Assembly (NCBI GenBank): GCA_963845755.1
Contig: CAWJTV010000049.1
Span: 1 to 64,000 of the forward strand
Direction of reading: 5' to 3'
Source: an uncultured Planctomycetota bacterium
GTDB taxonomy: Bacteria > Planctomycetota > Planctomycetia > Isosphaerales > Isosphaeraceae
DNA length: 64,000 bases
Every line of letters starts with the position of its first letter. The stretch's first letter is position 1. A program made the position numbers and the translations under genes. The notes beneath the pieces are model-generated. The model made no database searches, was not told the origin of the DNA, and worked only from the letters and a program-made list of their open reading frames with translations. Of the stretch, positions 42,453 through 54,058 are shown piece after piece.

Positions 42453-43584
42453 ATGAGAACCTCCATGCGGATTACCCGAGTTGAAGCCATCCCCGTCCGC
42501 GTACCACTCAAGGCGGGGATGACCACGAAGACAGCCCACGGCGACCATCACACGTCCGACTACGTGATCGTCCGGGTCCACACCGACGAGGGGATCGTCG
42601 GGTTGGGCGAGGCGACCGTCTCGGCTCTCTGGAGTGGCGAGACAAGCCGGAGCTGTGTCGCCGCCATCGATGACCTGATCGGCCCGGCGCCGTTCGGCTC
42701 CGATCCGACCGGGATTACGGCGATCCGGAAACAGATGGATTACCTCATCAAGCTCAATCCTTTCACGAAGTCGGCCATCGAGATGGCGCTCTGGGACATC
42801 GCGGGCAAGTCCCTGAATGTCCCGGTCTACCAGCTCCTGGGTGGCAAGGTCCGGGACGTCATCCCGACCAAGATGATGATCGGGGCCTTCGACCTGCCTC
42901 GCGTCCGTTCGCTGGCCGAACAATTCCTGAACTGGGGCATCCGCTGCCTCAAGGTCAAGGTCGGGATCGACGTGGCGGGCGATGTCGCGCGGGTTAGGGC
43001 CGTGCGCGACCTGGCCGGCCCCGATATCCCGATCACCATCGATGCGAATTGCGGCTGGAACGTCACCACGGCACGACTCGCGCTGGAACAACTCCGCCCG
43101 TTCCGCTTGCTTGTGGCCGAACAGCCAATCGGGACGGGAGATACCGAGGCGATGGCCAATCTGCGGACGGCCTGCGGCATCCCGATCATGGCCGACGAGA
43201 GCGTGTTCACGCTTGCCGACGCCTGGAATGTGCTCCGCGCACAAGCGGCCGACGTGATCAGCGTTTATCCTGGCAAGAACGGTGGGATTGTTGCATCGAT
43301 CGAGATCGCCCAGGTGGCCCAGGCGGCGGGGATCTCCTGCCACGTCGGCAGTAACCTGGAATTGGGCATCGGCTCGGCCGCGATGCTGCATCTGGCCTGT
43401 GCCGTGCCGAACATCGATAGCGCGACGTACCCTGCCGACATCCTCGGCCCGCATTATCACGAGGCCGATCTGCTCACCGAGCCGCTGGCACTGAACCCGG
43501 ACGGAGCCGCGCGTGCCGGATGGCCCCGGACTCGGAGTCGCGCTGGACGAGGATCAGCTCAATCGGTTCCGAGTCGATCGTTGA
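42453..43584 (+). CDS. Mandelate racemase/muconate lactonizing enzyme family protein (frameshift near 43510)
   Basis: TDEGIVGLGE, SAIEMALWDIAGK, LKVKVG, IDANCGW, EQP, MADESV; end VPDGPGLGVALDE in the shifted frame. Confidence 0.9.
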
Positions 43585-43651
43585 GGGATCGATCGAGCCC
43601 AGCGGTCTTGTGGTACCGTCCGACCTCATCACTCCGAGGGAGACCTCCACG

Positions 43652-44445
43652 ATGCAGCCCGCCGACCCCACCCCGGTCCCGCCACCAGGCTCGATCGAGT
43701 CGCCGTTGGTCACCCCCGGAGCCTCTCTCAAGGTCCCTGTGGGCCGCGGTCGGCTCTGGTCCTGGCGCTGGGAGCGGGACTGGTGGCCGGTCTCCTTTCC
43801 TGGCTCGGTGGTGAGGAGTGCCTCGAACTGATCAAGCCACCGCGCCACTCGGTGAACTCGAAGGGGCTGACTTTGAGGGTCACCAGTCGCCGCGAGGAAG
43901 CGGCCGTCGTCGCCAAGAACGCGGGGCTGGCGTTCCTTCTCCTCGGTGCCGCGCTCGGCGGCGCACTGGGAGCGGCCGGCGGACTGTCCCGCCGGTCCCG
44001 CCGGGCGGCCGTGCAGGCGGCCTGGATTGGCGGGGTGATGGGCGTGGTCGCGGCAGCTGGGATGTCCTTGGCTCTCTTGCCCGCGTACAACGCCTACCAG
44101 CGACGCTATCCGGATGAGGCATCGCGCGACCTGGTCTTGCCCCTGCTTGTCCACGCCGGTATCTGGTCGGCTCTGGGTGCCGCGGGCGGCCTGGCGCTCG
44201 GCGTGGGCCTGGGCGAGCGCGCTCGGATCCCCCGGATCGCGCTGGGCGGATTCCTCGGCGCGGCTGTTGGCGCCGCAGCCTACGAGGTCATCGGTGCTTT
44301 CTTTCCCGCGGCCAGGACCGCGCAGTTCGTATCCGCGACCTGGGAGACCCGCCTGCTCGCCCGCCTCGTCGTCACGCTCCTCGCCTCCGCCGGCGCGGCG
44401 ATAGGTGTGTCCTCACCTTACGCACAGCCGGATTCCACGGGCTGA
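43652..44445 (+). CDS. Hypothetical Gly/Ala-rich membrane protein (frameshift near 43780)
   Basis: Multiple GA-rich TM helices; RBS-like GAGGGAG before ATG 43652. Confidence 0.65.
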
Positions 44446-46137
44446 GTTCGACTTTTGCCGATTGTTTGGCTTCCGCGGGGCTGCGCCTCCTTGGTGCAAT
44501 AGAGGGTAGGGATCTCCTCTCACATCGCACACAAGGAGGCCGCCATGACTATTGTAACACCTCGACGCCGGAAGCGGATCTCTCGAAAAGACCTCCGCGT
44601 CTTGCGACGGCGACAAGCCCAAAAGGCGCGGGCCGCTCGACACCTACTCGACCGCAATCACGACCAACTCCCCGCGCCGGTCCGCGCCCTCTTCGACCCC
44701 CTGCAACCGGCCTTTCGCCGCACCGTCTACCGCCGGTGGGTTCTGCTGGCGCTGGCCGCCATCCTCACGGTGGGCGGACGCACTCTCTCCAATCTGCTCC
44801 GATGCCTCGGCGGCTTGGCCCCCGGTCATTCGAGTAGTTATCACCGCATCTTCTCCCAGCGCCGCTGGTCCTCCCGCACCCTGGCGCGGCGATACATCGC
44901 CGCCGTGCTGGCGCGATTCGCACCCCAGGGCCTCGTGCCCGTGGTCGGCGACGATACCGTCACCGAACATCCCGGGCCCCGGGTCTACGGCAAAGGGTGT
45001 CACCGCGATCCCGTCCGTTCCACTCACTCGTTCACCGCCTTCCGCTGGGGACACAAGTGGGTCGTCCTGGCCCTGCTGGTCCACTTGCCGTTTTCCCGCC
45101 GGCCCTGGGCTTTGCCGTTGATGGTGTCGTTGTATCGGCCCGAGGACAAGGCGACCGACGGGGTTACCAAGCGGTGCGCACAAGACCCCGGCGGATTTGC
45201 TGGCACAGATGCTCCGCATCCTGATCCGCTGGTTCCCGGAGCGAACGTGGCTCGCCACGGCCGACGGCGATTACGCGACCCACGAACTGGCCGAATTGGC
45301 CACGGCCAACCCCAAGCGGCTGACGTTCGTCAGCAAGTTCTACCCCAACGCCAATCTGTTCGAGCCGTCGCCGCCGGTCTCGGGCAAGCGGCCGGCCCAT
45401 CGTCCCCGCAAGAAGGGGAAGGCACTGCCCAAGCCGGCCCAGGTGGTGCGCGACTGCCGTCAGCCCTCGGTGCTGAAGGTCGCTTGGTACGGAGGGGGAC
45501 GCCGCCGTGTGGAAGTAGTCAGTGGCCGAGGTCACTGGTATCGCGGTGGTCGGCCCTTGGTGCCGGTGCTCTGGGTCTTCGTCCGCGACCGGACTGGGAC
45601 GCACCGGGACGAGTATTTCTTCACGACCGACCTGACCATGAGCCCCCAGGCGGTGATCGAGACCTACACCGGTCGCTGGTCGATCGAGACGACCTTTCAA
45701 GAAGTCCGTTCCTACCTCGGCCTGGAGACGACGCGGGGCTGGAGTCGGCGGACCGTCTTGCGGGCGGCACCGTGCCTGTTTTGCCTGTATACCGTGGTGG
45801 CGTGGTTGTACACGGAGATGCCCAGACGGTACACACGCGCGGGTGGTGGATTGGCCGGGAAAGTGCGACGTGACGTTCTCGGATGCCATCACGGCGGTAC
45901 GGCGCTGGCTGTGGGTGGAATGGGTTTTTGCAATCCCTGGTCATCGCGAAGCCTTTTCAAAACTCGGTCGTCCTTTGAGGCAGATCCTGCTCAATGGACT
46001 GGCCCCGGCCGCCTGAGACGGGCCGCCGGGCCACGTTAAGGAAGCCCGCGCGGGGCGAATTGCGGTCGTGCGGCGCCCCCGCTCGATCGCGGTGTGCGCC
46101 GCGGGCGTCGAGGTGTTAGAATCGGCCAAAGTCGAAC
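44446..46137 (+). mobile_element. IS701/IS4-superfamily insertion sequence with DDE transposase 44545-46016 (frameshifted)
   Basis: TIRs GTTCGACTTTTGCCGATT / AATCGGCCAAAGTCGAAC; TGA duplicated (44443-45, 46138-40); VGDDT, ADGDY, YTGRWSIETTFQE. Confidence 0.88.
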
Positions 46138-46140
46138 TGA

Positions 46141-46260
46141 GAGTCTGTTCCAGAAGGGGCCGGTCCGGGCGAGCGGGGGGGCGTCAGCCCCCTGTCTTGG
46201 AGGTCCGTCGCTCACCGGACAGGGGGCTGACGCCCCCGCTCGCCCTTCTGGGACAGACTC
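46141..46260. mobile_element. 120-bp palindromic MITE/REP-like element (copy 2, intact)
   Basis: GAGTCTGT...ACAGACTC ends flanked by TGA on both sides; inner GC-rich stem shared with copy 1. Confidence 0.85.
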
Positions 46261-46318
46261 TGAGAGGTCGGGCAGAATCCATTTAAAATTCCAAATTAGA
46301 TTGATATCATTGATTCGC

Positions 46319-48211
46319 TTACTTCTCGCGCGGTTCGACGACCCGGTAGGTCGCATTGGGCGAGAGGTGCTCCCGGGCGCTGACCGTTCCCGACGGCCAG
46401 CGGATGCTCAGCCGCGTGACCTCATCGACCGGGCCCAGGCCGATCAGCAATCGCGGGTCGTTGGTTGACTGCATGCTACACCCCCCCTGGCGCTGCCGGG
46501 TGATGGTCCGGCCGCCGGCTTCGACCTCCACGCGGGCGCCGATGGCGTCGCGGTTGCTCCGGGTCCCGACCAGGATCAGGCGGATCCAACGGTTCGCGCC
46601 CGGCGTGTCATTGCGGAGGATGGCCGGGGCGTCGTCCATGTGGTTGACGACGATGTCGATATCGCCATCGTCGTCGAGGTCGCCGAACGCGGCGCCGCGG
46701 GCGACGTGCCTGGTGGCGAAGTACGGCCCCACGTCGCGCGTGGACAGCTCGAACCGACGCGCGTCGTCCCCCTTGGCCCCCGCGGCCGGGACGTTGCGGT
46801 ACAGGAGCGGCGGTTCCGAGTAACTGAGCGTGGGCGCGAGGTCCTTCCGGTTGTCGTCGATGTGTCCGTTGGCGACGAACACGTCGGGCCAACCATCCGT
46901 GTCGAAGTCCGCGAGCTGCGCAGCCCCAACCCACCCACGGCTTGCTGTCGGCGACCAGTCCGACGGCGGCCGACGCGTCGCGAAACAAGACCGGCGCGAT
47001 CGTCCGGTCGGCCGGGATCGGATCCTGTGACGGGCCGGAGCAGTTCCGATAATAGGCCGTGTATTCGTTCTGGAAGTTGGTCACGAGCAACTCGGGGCGA
47101 CCGTCACCGTCGCAGTCCTGGGCGTTGACCCCCATGCTCGACTGCGCCAGTCCCCGATCGTCGTATGCGGCGCCCGAGGTGTCGGTCGCGTCCTCGAACG
47201 TCCCATCGCCCCGGTTGAGGAACAGGAAATTGGGGTTCCGGTCGTTTGCGACATACAGGTTGACCCGGCCGTCGCCGTTGAGATCGGACGCGACTACACC
47301 GAAGCCATGTCCGTCGGTGCGGCCGACGCCGGCCTGGTCGGTCACGTCGCGGAAGGTGCCGTCGCCGTTGTTTCGGTAGAGAAAGTGCTTGGTCGTGCGG
47401 ACGTCCCAGGGCGAACAGAAGAGCGGGACCCGCTCGTTGCCGCAGCGATGCTCATCTTGCGGGTAGATCCAATCCCCATAGTTCGCGACGTAAATATCCA
47501 GGTCGCCGTCGTTGTCATAATCGAGCATCGCCCCGCCGGAGGACCAGCTCGGCCGGTCAATGCCGGCCGAACGACTCACGTCCCGGAACGAGCCGTCGCC
47601 GTTGTTGAGGTACAGGACATTCGGCCCGTAATTGCACAGGAAGACATCCGGGTCGGCGTCGTTGTCGACGTCGCCGACGATGATCCCGTGGCAGAACCCT
47701 CGGTATCCGAGGCCCGATGAATCGGTCACGTCGCAGAACGTGCCACCGCCGAGGTTCTTGTACAGCCGGTTCGGGCCCGTCTCGCGCTTCCCAGCGGGAT
47801 CGCGGTGCAGGTGGCGAAGTAGAGATCCACCCGGCCGTCGCCGTCATAGTCGAAGATCGCCACGCCCGAACCGAAGGCCGTCGGATAGAGCTTCCGCCGG
47901 TCCATGCCCGAGACGTGGACGAAGTCGATGCCGCAGGTAGGGCGGATGTCGTGGAACCGGAACGGGCTCGGATCCTTCGAGATGCTCGACGTGGTATCCC
48001 CGAGGGCGAAGAACGTGGCGTGGGCGCTCAAGCCCGGCTGGCGGTGGACGCCGAGGTGGCGCATCCGGGGATCCTCCGTCGGAGCGGGAGCCGAGGTGGT
48101 TTCGGGCGAGGGATCGGCGGCAGGCTCCTCGCAGCCGATGGGCAGCGCGCCGAAGCAGGCGATGGCCAGATAGCCGGCCGCGAGGCGACCATGGCGAGTC
48201 GGGCGCGCCAT
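46319..48211 (-). CDS. CRTAC1/ASPIC-UnbV family FG-GAP repeat protein (frameshifted)
   Basis: FGSGVAIFDYDGDG, DYDNDGDLDIYVANY, RGAAFGDLDDDGDIDIVV, SNRDAIGARV, IRWPSG. Confidence 0.9.
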
Positions 48212-48236
48212 ACGTTCTTGCGCTCCTCGGCCGCAA

Positions 48237-48461
48237 TTATGGCTTGCTGAGGTTGGGGTTCTTCATCCCGGGTTTCATCTGGTATCGCCCATCCTTGCCG
48301 ATCAGCTTCTTGTAGTCATCCCCGGGCTCCTTGAGCCCACGGTTGCCACCGACCTTGCTCAGATCGACCTTGGATGCCGGAATTTCCGGTTCCGACCCGC
48401 AGCCGGAACCGAGGCCCATCAGGACGACGAGACCGAGCGTCGCGCGAAGACATCGCTTCAA
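48237..48461 (-). CDS. Small lipoprotein downstream of a DUF1559 gene
   Basis: Signal peptide with LGSGC lipobox. Confidence 0.7.
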   Translation of the reverse strand: MKRCLRATLGLVVLMGLGSGCGSEPEIPASKVDLSKVGGNRGLKEPGDDYKKLIGKDGRYQMKPGMKNPNLSKP

Positions 48462-48469
48462 GGGACACT

Positions 48470-48610
48470 CCTAACGCGACCTTCGGCCGCAAGGCAGGTG
48501 GGATTCTCGATTCCGGATTCCGGATTCCAGATTCAAAATCCAAGATTCCGGATTCCGGATTCCAGATTCAAAATCCAAGATTCAAGATGTCGGAATCGTC
48601 TTCTTGGATC
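48470..48610. repeat. Composite repeat: CCTAACGCGACCTTCGGCCGCAA motif + heptamer tract (GATTCCG/GATTCAA/AATCCAA)
   Basis: The motif is the near reverse complement of TTGCGGCCGAAGGCCGCGTTAGG at 20341-20363 and is followed by heptamer repeats. Confidence 0.85.
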
Positions 48611-48691
48611 ATCTGGAATCCTTTGAATCTTCAATGTTGAAGCGACAACACGCCAGATGCATGCGAGGGGCCGGACCCCGCGGAGCAACGA

Positions 48692-49849
48692 TCAATACGA
48701 ATCGGAGCTGATGACCTCGCCGCGATTGCGGGAGCCCAGCGCCCACCACGTCTGCAAGTTGACCGTGTCCTTGATGAACTGCACGTGGCCGTCGCCCATG
48801 CAGACGTTGACACCGCCGGGATGATTGCTGTTGGCCGTGGACGCCCCCAGCCAGCCGCCGCCCGAGCCGTCGGAGGTGAAATTGCCCTGGGCACCGAAGA
48901 AGCCACTCTCCGCGCCGGTACACGTGTAGCCATTCGGCGTCATCACGTGTGAGTAAGAGAGGTTGATGGTGTCGTAGCCCTGGGTGTAGAGCCAGGCGTA
49001 TCCGCTGCCGGAATCCTCCGAGGGCGCTGTCCCGCCGGGGATGCTCTTGCACAACGCGACGAGCTGCGTCGCCACAGCGACGCCCGCGGCGCCCTGGTCT
49101 GGCAACGGAGCCACCGAGCTGATCTGGAAGAGAGCTCGCTTCGCCAACCCGGTGCCGGCAACATAGGGTGAGACGTAGCCGGATTGCAGGCCGTCAAGGC
49201 CATTGCCGGCGCCCAGCAGGTGCTCGCTGAACATCGCCGTATTGCTCGTCCCATCCGTGACCGAGGCGATCGAGACCGGGGCGAGGTTGGGGCTGGTCAC
49301 GAATTCATCTCCGCGAGACGGCACGATGATGCCGTTGCACGAGGAGATCATGCCCGGGCCGCCGTAGTTACCGGCGTAGTTGCACATGGCCCAGTCGCCG
49401 GAGTAGCTCACCTGGTGCGAGATGCTCTCCGAGGGGCAGAGCAGGCTCGCGATCGACATCAAGCCGGCCGTCGAGTTGGCCATGCCGCCGATCGGGTTCG
49501 GGCTGACGAAGCCGATCTCGAGCATCGGAAGGTTGAAGTTGATCGCATTATAGGCGGGCTGCTGCTCCATTTCCGGCAGGATGAAGGTGACCCACGAGGG
49601 CTCCCACGCCCAGCCCGGATTGATGGTGTTGTTGATCGACTGGCTCGGGTAGACGTTCATTATCGAGATGTAATTATGCGAAGCCAAGCCGAGCTGCTTG
49701 AGATTGTTGGTGCACTGCGCGCGCCGGGCGGCCTCGCGCGCCGATTGCACGGCCGGCAATAACAAGGCGATCAACACCGCGATGATGGCAATGACGACGA
49801 GCAATTCGATGAGGGTAAATCCTCGCCTCTTGCGGCTGGAATAGCTCAT
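48692..49849 (-). CDS. DUF1559 prepilin-type N-terminal cleavage/methylation protein (H-X9-DG)
   Basis: [68 protein letters not shown]. Confidence 0.95.
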   Translation of the reverse strand: MSYSSRKRRGFTLIELLVVIAIIAVLIALLLPAVQSAREAARRAQCTNNLKQLGLASHNYISIMNVYPSQSINNTINPGWAWEPSWVTFILPEMEQQPAYNAINFNLPMLEIGFVSPNPIGGMANSTAGLMSIASLLCPSESISHQVSYSGDWAMCNYAGNYGGPGMISSCNGIIVPSRGDEFVTSPNLAPVSIASVTDGTSNTAMFSEHLLGAGNGLDGLQSGYVSPYVAGTGLAKRALFQISSVAPLPDQGAAGVAVATQLVALCKSIPGGTAPSEDSGSGYAWLYTQGYDTINLSYSHVMTPNGYTCTGAESGFFGAQGNFTSDGSGGGWLGASTANSNHPGGVNVCMGDGHVQFIKDTVNLQTWWALGSRNRGEVISSDSY

Positions 49850-49965
49850 GAAATCGGTCCTTTCGATCGAGCGCACGACCCTTGACGATGAAGCGAGATG
49901 AGCAACTTAATTGTAAAGCAATCTTCAAAATACCGTCAAGGGAGCAGACAATCAGCAACCCTCGT

Positions 49966-52317
49966 TCACGGCATCCGGATCGGTGGGGCATCGAGGATTT
50001 GGAGGTCCTCCCGCCCTTCGGTGATCTCGATGGAGCGGTCGATGGGGACGTGGGAAAACGTCTGGCGGATCCCACTGGTCGGCCAGAAGACCTGGAGCGC
50101 GCGGATCATCTCGGCCCGACCCAGACCGACGGTGCAGGCCAGGGGATTGCCGCCGAAGCTTGATCCGGACGTGATGGTCCGGTAGCGGGAGACGACCGAT
50201 TCGCCGGTACCCGGTAGGTCGACCCGGATGCGGGCGCCAGGGCGGCGCGGTTGGTCCGAACGCCGATGAGCTTGACGGTCAGCCAGTGGTGACCGGACCC
50301 GGGGTTCTGGAACAGAACATTATGGGCCCGATCGCCCGGGGCGGCGCCACCGGCTTCGAGGAAGATGTCGGCGTCGCCGTCGCGGTCCCAATCGGCGAAG
50401 GCCACGCCATGACCCTTCTGGAGATGGCCGGTCCCCGTCAACGCGGTGATGTCCTCGAATCGCTGGCCGTCCTCGTTGCGGAGCAGCACGTTGGGCATCA
50501 GGTAGGAATACGACGGCCGCCCGGTCGCCAGGTAGATGTCCAGGAAGCCGTCATTGTCGATGTCGCCGAAGTTCGAGCCCATCGGCAAGACGACCCGATC
50601 GAGCCCGACCTCGGCCGTCACGTCGAGGAAGGACCGCGATGCGCCGAGATTGCGATACAGGCGAGGCCGCTCACCCGACGCCGGCCGGCCGAGCTGGTCG
50701 CGAATGACCTCGGACAACGTCGCGTGGTTCGGGTTGACCCAGAGATCGAGCCGGCCGTCGTTATCGAAGTCCCAGAACCAGCAGGCGAAGCCATTGATCG
50801 GCCCCGTCACACCCAGCGCGGTGGCGACGTCGAGGAACGTGCCGTCGCCCTGATTGTGATAGAGGCGAGGAGGCTGACCGAGATTCGAGACGAACAGGTC
50901 GGGCCGGCCGTCGTCGTCGTAGTCGCCCCAGGCGACCCCTTTGCCGAACTGATCGTTGGTCACGCCGGCCGCCTCGGCAACATCGAGGAACGTGCCATCG
51001 CCCCGATTGTGGTAGAGCCGGCCCCGGTTGCGACGGTCGGGGCGCTGGGGATCGAGCTCGCCCGCGACGTACAGATCGACGTGACCGTCGTTGTCGTAGT
51101 CGGCCCAGCCGGCCGCCTGCGACGCGATCGGCTCGCGCAGGCCGGCCGACAGGGTGACGTCCTCGAATCGGCCGCCGCGATTGCGGAGCAACGTCATCCG
51201 CCGAGGGAGTTCCCAGGCACCTCGGAGCATCAGGATGTCGAGCTTGCCGTCGTTGTCGTAATCGGCGTGGCAGGCATTGAGCGACAGGACCTGGTCGGCC
51301 AGGCCGGCTGCGTCGGAGAGGTCCTCAAACCGCCCGTCGCCACGGTTCCGAAGCAGCAAGGCCCCGCGCTCGGGGTCGGTCGTCGGCATGAAGACGTCGA
51401 GGCGCCCGTCGCCGTCGAAGTCGTCAACCAGGCAAGCGCCGGCCATCGACTCACCGCGCGGCGTTGAGCCCGACGCGGGATGCTACGTTGACCATCCTGT
51501 GCGGGCTGTCCCCCGTCGTGGCGAACCGGCCCAGCGGCAGGAGAAACCTGGGTGGGACACGTTCGGGGTATTCGCCCAGGGTCATGTAGGCGACGTTCAA
51601 GAGCCAGCGAACTCCCAGGTCTTCCGGCCGTTGCCGGAGGTAGCGCGTGAAGTGCTCGATGGCCTCGCGCGAGCCGGCAGTCCGCTGGTGGACCGCGGAA
51701 GCCGCCAGGGGGAAGATGCAGCTCGCCTCGTTGCAGCAGGCCACGCAGTTCTCGATCTCGCCGCGCCGCAGGGCGGCGACGCCCCGCAACGCGTCCATGT
51801 TGGCCCGCGCCAGCGACGAGCGCGCGGGATCGGCGTCCTGCGCCTGGGCGAACTCGGCGCCGGCCTCTTGCCAACGGCCGTCGTACATCAGCAACGAACC
51901 GATGATGAGGTGGATGTTCGCCGTTGTGGACGGAGTCGCCGGATCGCCGGGCGGCAGGCTGGCAAGCTTGTCCTCCAGGTAGGTAATCCCCCGCTGACCT
52001 CGCCCCACGACCGACTCTCGAATCTGCGTCAGCGAAGTTGGGTCGGTGATGGGTTTCGAGAAGCGGATCGCGGTCGCGTAGCCGCTGTCATCGAAGTTGA
52101 TGTCCGAGAATGGCGGCTCCTCGGCGTCCGGTCGCGCCGCGGCTGGCCGCGGCGCCGGCGGTCGCCGGGTCCGGACCACGACCCATCGCCAGGCCCGCAG
52201 GGGTAAGGTCGCCGGGTCCGCGTCCGTCAGCGCGAGGCACACTCCCAGGCATAGAGCGACCAGCCCCAGGCCGATCAGGGGGACCTTCCATAGGACGCGA
52301 CCTCGACCATGTTTCAT
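49966..52317 (-). CDS. CRTAC1/ASPIC-UnbV family protein with N-terminal TPR-like region (frameshifted)
   Basis: RRGEIENC..CIFPL, WLLNVAYMTLGEYP, DFDGDGRLD, MGSNFGDIDNDGFLD, GHLQKGHG, NVLFQNPG, SGSSFGGNP. Confidence 0.88.
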
Positions 52318-52361
52318 GGTCTTGCTCCCGGAGGCAGCCCAGATGGGGCTTCCGATCGAGG

Positions 52362-53624
52362 TCACGCGGCCGGTGAATATTGCCGTACCGACATGCCTGT
52401 CAGCCGCACGACCGCTGCTGTAGGAGTTTCCCACCGTTTGGTGATCGGAGGGCACGTCGCCTGTTTGAATGCTGCCAGGTTTCCTCTCGCTCGGTCGTTC
52501 GAAGGATTCAGTCTTATCGATATTTCGAATGATGCCTTCACGAATTCCGAGGGGAACCCTAACTCGGCCTGGCTGATCGCAACCCATTCTGTCAATTCGC
52601 TCTTTACCGAGTCCGGAGCCGTCATTCGCAACGCTCCCTCGCAGGTGGCAAGAGAGTCCTTGAACCGCCCGTTGATTAGATAATGGTGAGCGAGGCAGTA
52701 ATAGGGCAAGATCACCTGTGTCCCTTTCGCGACCGCACGTTCGAAGTCAGCGATCGCCCGAGGGCTCAACCCGTAGAGCAGTATCCCTCGTGCTACGAGC
52801 ATCCCGTCATTATTCGGGTCAACTTGCAACCCTCGCGAGTAATTATCGAGGGCCTTCTGATTGTGTCCCAACCGCTCATAGCTAATTCCCAGCAGACCGA
52901 AGGTCAGGCCGTAGATCGATGGATCCAAGTCCTCTTCGTCACCGGCTTCAATCCTGGTGATGTTCCATTCAAGTACGGAGATAAGCCGCCTGGACCAGGA
53001 CGCGGCCTCGGTTTCATTGGATTGGCGAAGAGCCTTCAGCATGATATCGCACGCCCTCGTCACAGCGAAGGGCGGATATACTTCCGCATCCTGAAGAATC
53101 ACTTCTGACCTTCTGCGAGCCTCCATCGGATCGACTACGTCCAGTGCATGTAAGTAAGAGGCGAGGTGGTGGCCGTTCTGGGGTTCAAGACTAGCGGCGT
53201 GTCCGAAGAACAGTGCTGCGGTCTCGGGGTCGCCAGCATGCAGCCAAATCAACCCTCTGAGAGAACTACCCGATGCTGGGGGGAGATGTTTACCCCAACG
53301 CCTCACGAGTTCCAGTGCACGGTCCCATTCGCCGCGGTCGCGCGCCTCCCATGCTTCAAATAGTTTTGTCTGGGCTTGAGGATTCGACTCATGGACTTCG
53401 CCGACAGGCTCGCTGATCGAGTAAAGATCTTCGGAAAGGCCGCGGGCCCTTTCACGCTCAGTCTCGGACAGCGCCTCCCAGGGGCCATCGGTCGCATCAC
53501 GCACCGCTTCGGCCTCAGGTGAGTCGTCCCTACCCTGCAGCGCGAGCAGGTGCAACTCGCGGATCCCTCGCACGAATGCGAGATAACTCGGGCTGAAAGT
53601 GAGCGGTTGCCGGTGCATGTTCAA
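52362..53624 (-). CDS. TPR-repeat protein with distinctive N-terminal helical domain
   Basis: ELHLLALQGRDDSPEAEAVRD..W..LSE.ERE..GLSEDLY, then TPRs (ALDNYSRGLQVDPNN, AIADFERA). Confidence 0.8.
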   Translation of the reverse strand: MNMHRQPLTFSPSYLAFVRGIRELHLLALQGRDDSPEAEAVRDATDGPWEALSETERERARGLSEDLYSISEPVGEVHESNPQAQTKLFEAWEARDRGEWDRALELVRRWGKHLPPASGSSLRGLIWLHAGDPETAALFFGHAASLEPQNGHHLASYLHALDVVDPMEARRRSEVILQDAEVYPPFAVTRACDIMLKALRQSNETEAASWSRRLISVLEWNITRIEAGDEEDLDPSIYGLTFGLLGISYERLGHNQKALDNYSRGLQVDPNNDGMLVARGILLYGLSPRAIADFERAVAKGTQVILPYYCLAHHYLINGRFKDSLATCEGALRMTAPDSVKSELTEWVAISQAELGFPSEFVKASFEISIRLNPSNDRARGNLAAFKQATCPPITKRWETPTAAVVRLTGMSVRQYSPAA

Positions 53625-54058
53625 TTCTCATCGATCTGCCAACTGGAGAGGGTGGCCGCCAAGTCATTCTGATACTGGGAGAGCGGGACGGTTTGAGCCG
53701 GAGCAATACATCCATGACTTGAACTGTCGGGAACCAATTCTAACCCTGGAGCGAAGTCTCCTGCCTGGAATGGACCCGTGCCGGAACGGAAGCAGAAGGT
53801 GTTATTCGAGCCCCGAGCGCCCCGTACCTTGTCGCGCAGCCGCTTGGGTATCCGCAAGAGGGAGATGTCGCGCCAGGCGGGAGATACCGACATCCCCTTT
53901 CCGTTCGCGATCACGTCACCTTGCCGGTCCAGGTCAACATCGGTTCCCGGCCTCACGCCAAGGCCGCTGGCGGTTTGCTCGACAGTGGGCAGGTCGTCCT
54001 CGTCCTTCTTCATCACCCGATAGACCAAGGGCATGTCAACTCCGCGATAGTTTGTCAC
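53621..54058 (-). CDS. Tse2-like ADP-ribosyltransferase-fold toxin
   Basis: LVYRVM, LGVRPGTDV, GKGMSVS, GLELVPD..HGCIAPAQTVPLSQYQNDLAAT..W. Confidence 0.65.
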   Translation of the reverse strand: MTNYRGVDMPLVYRVMKKDEDDLPTVEQTASGLGVRPGTDVDLDRQGDVIANGKGMSVSPAWRDISLLRIPKRLRDKVRGARGSNNTFCFRSGTGPFQAGDFAPGLELVPDSSSHGCIAPAQTVPLSQYQNDLAATLSSWQIDEN

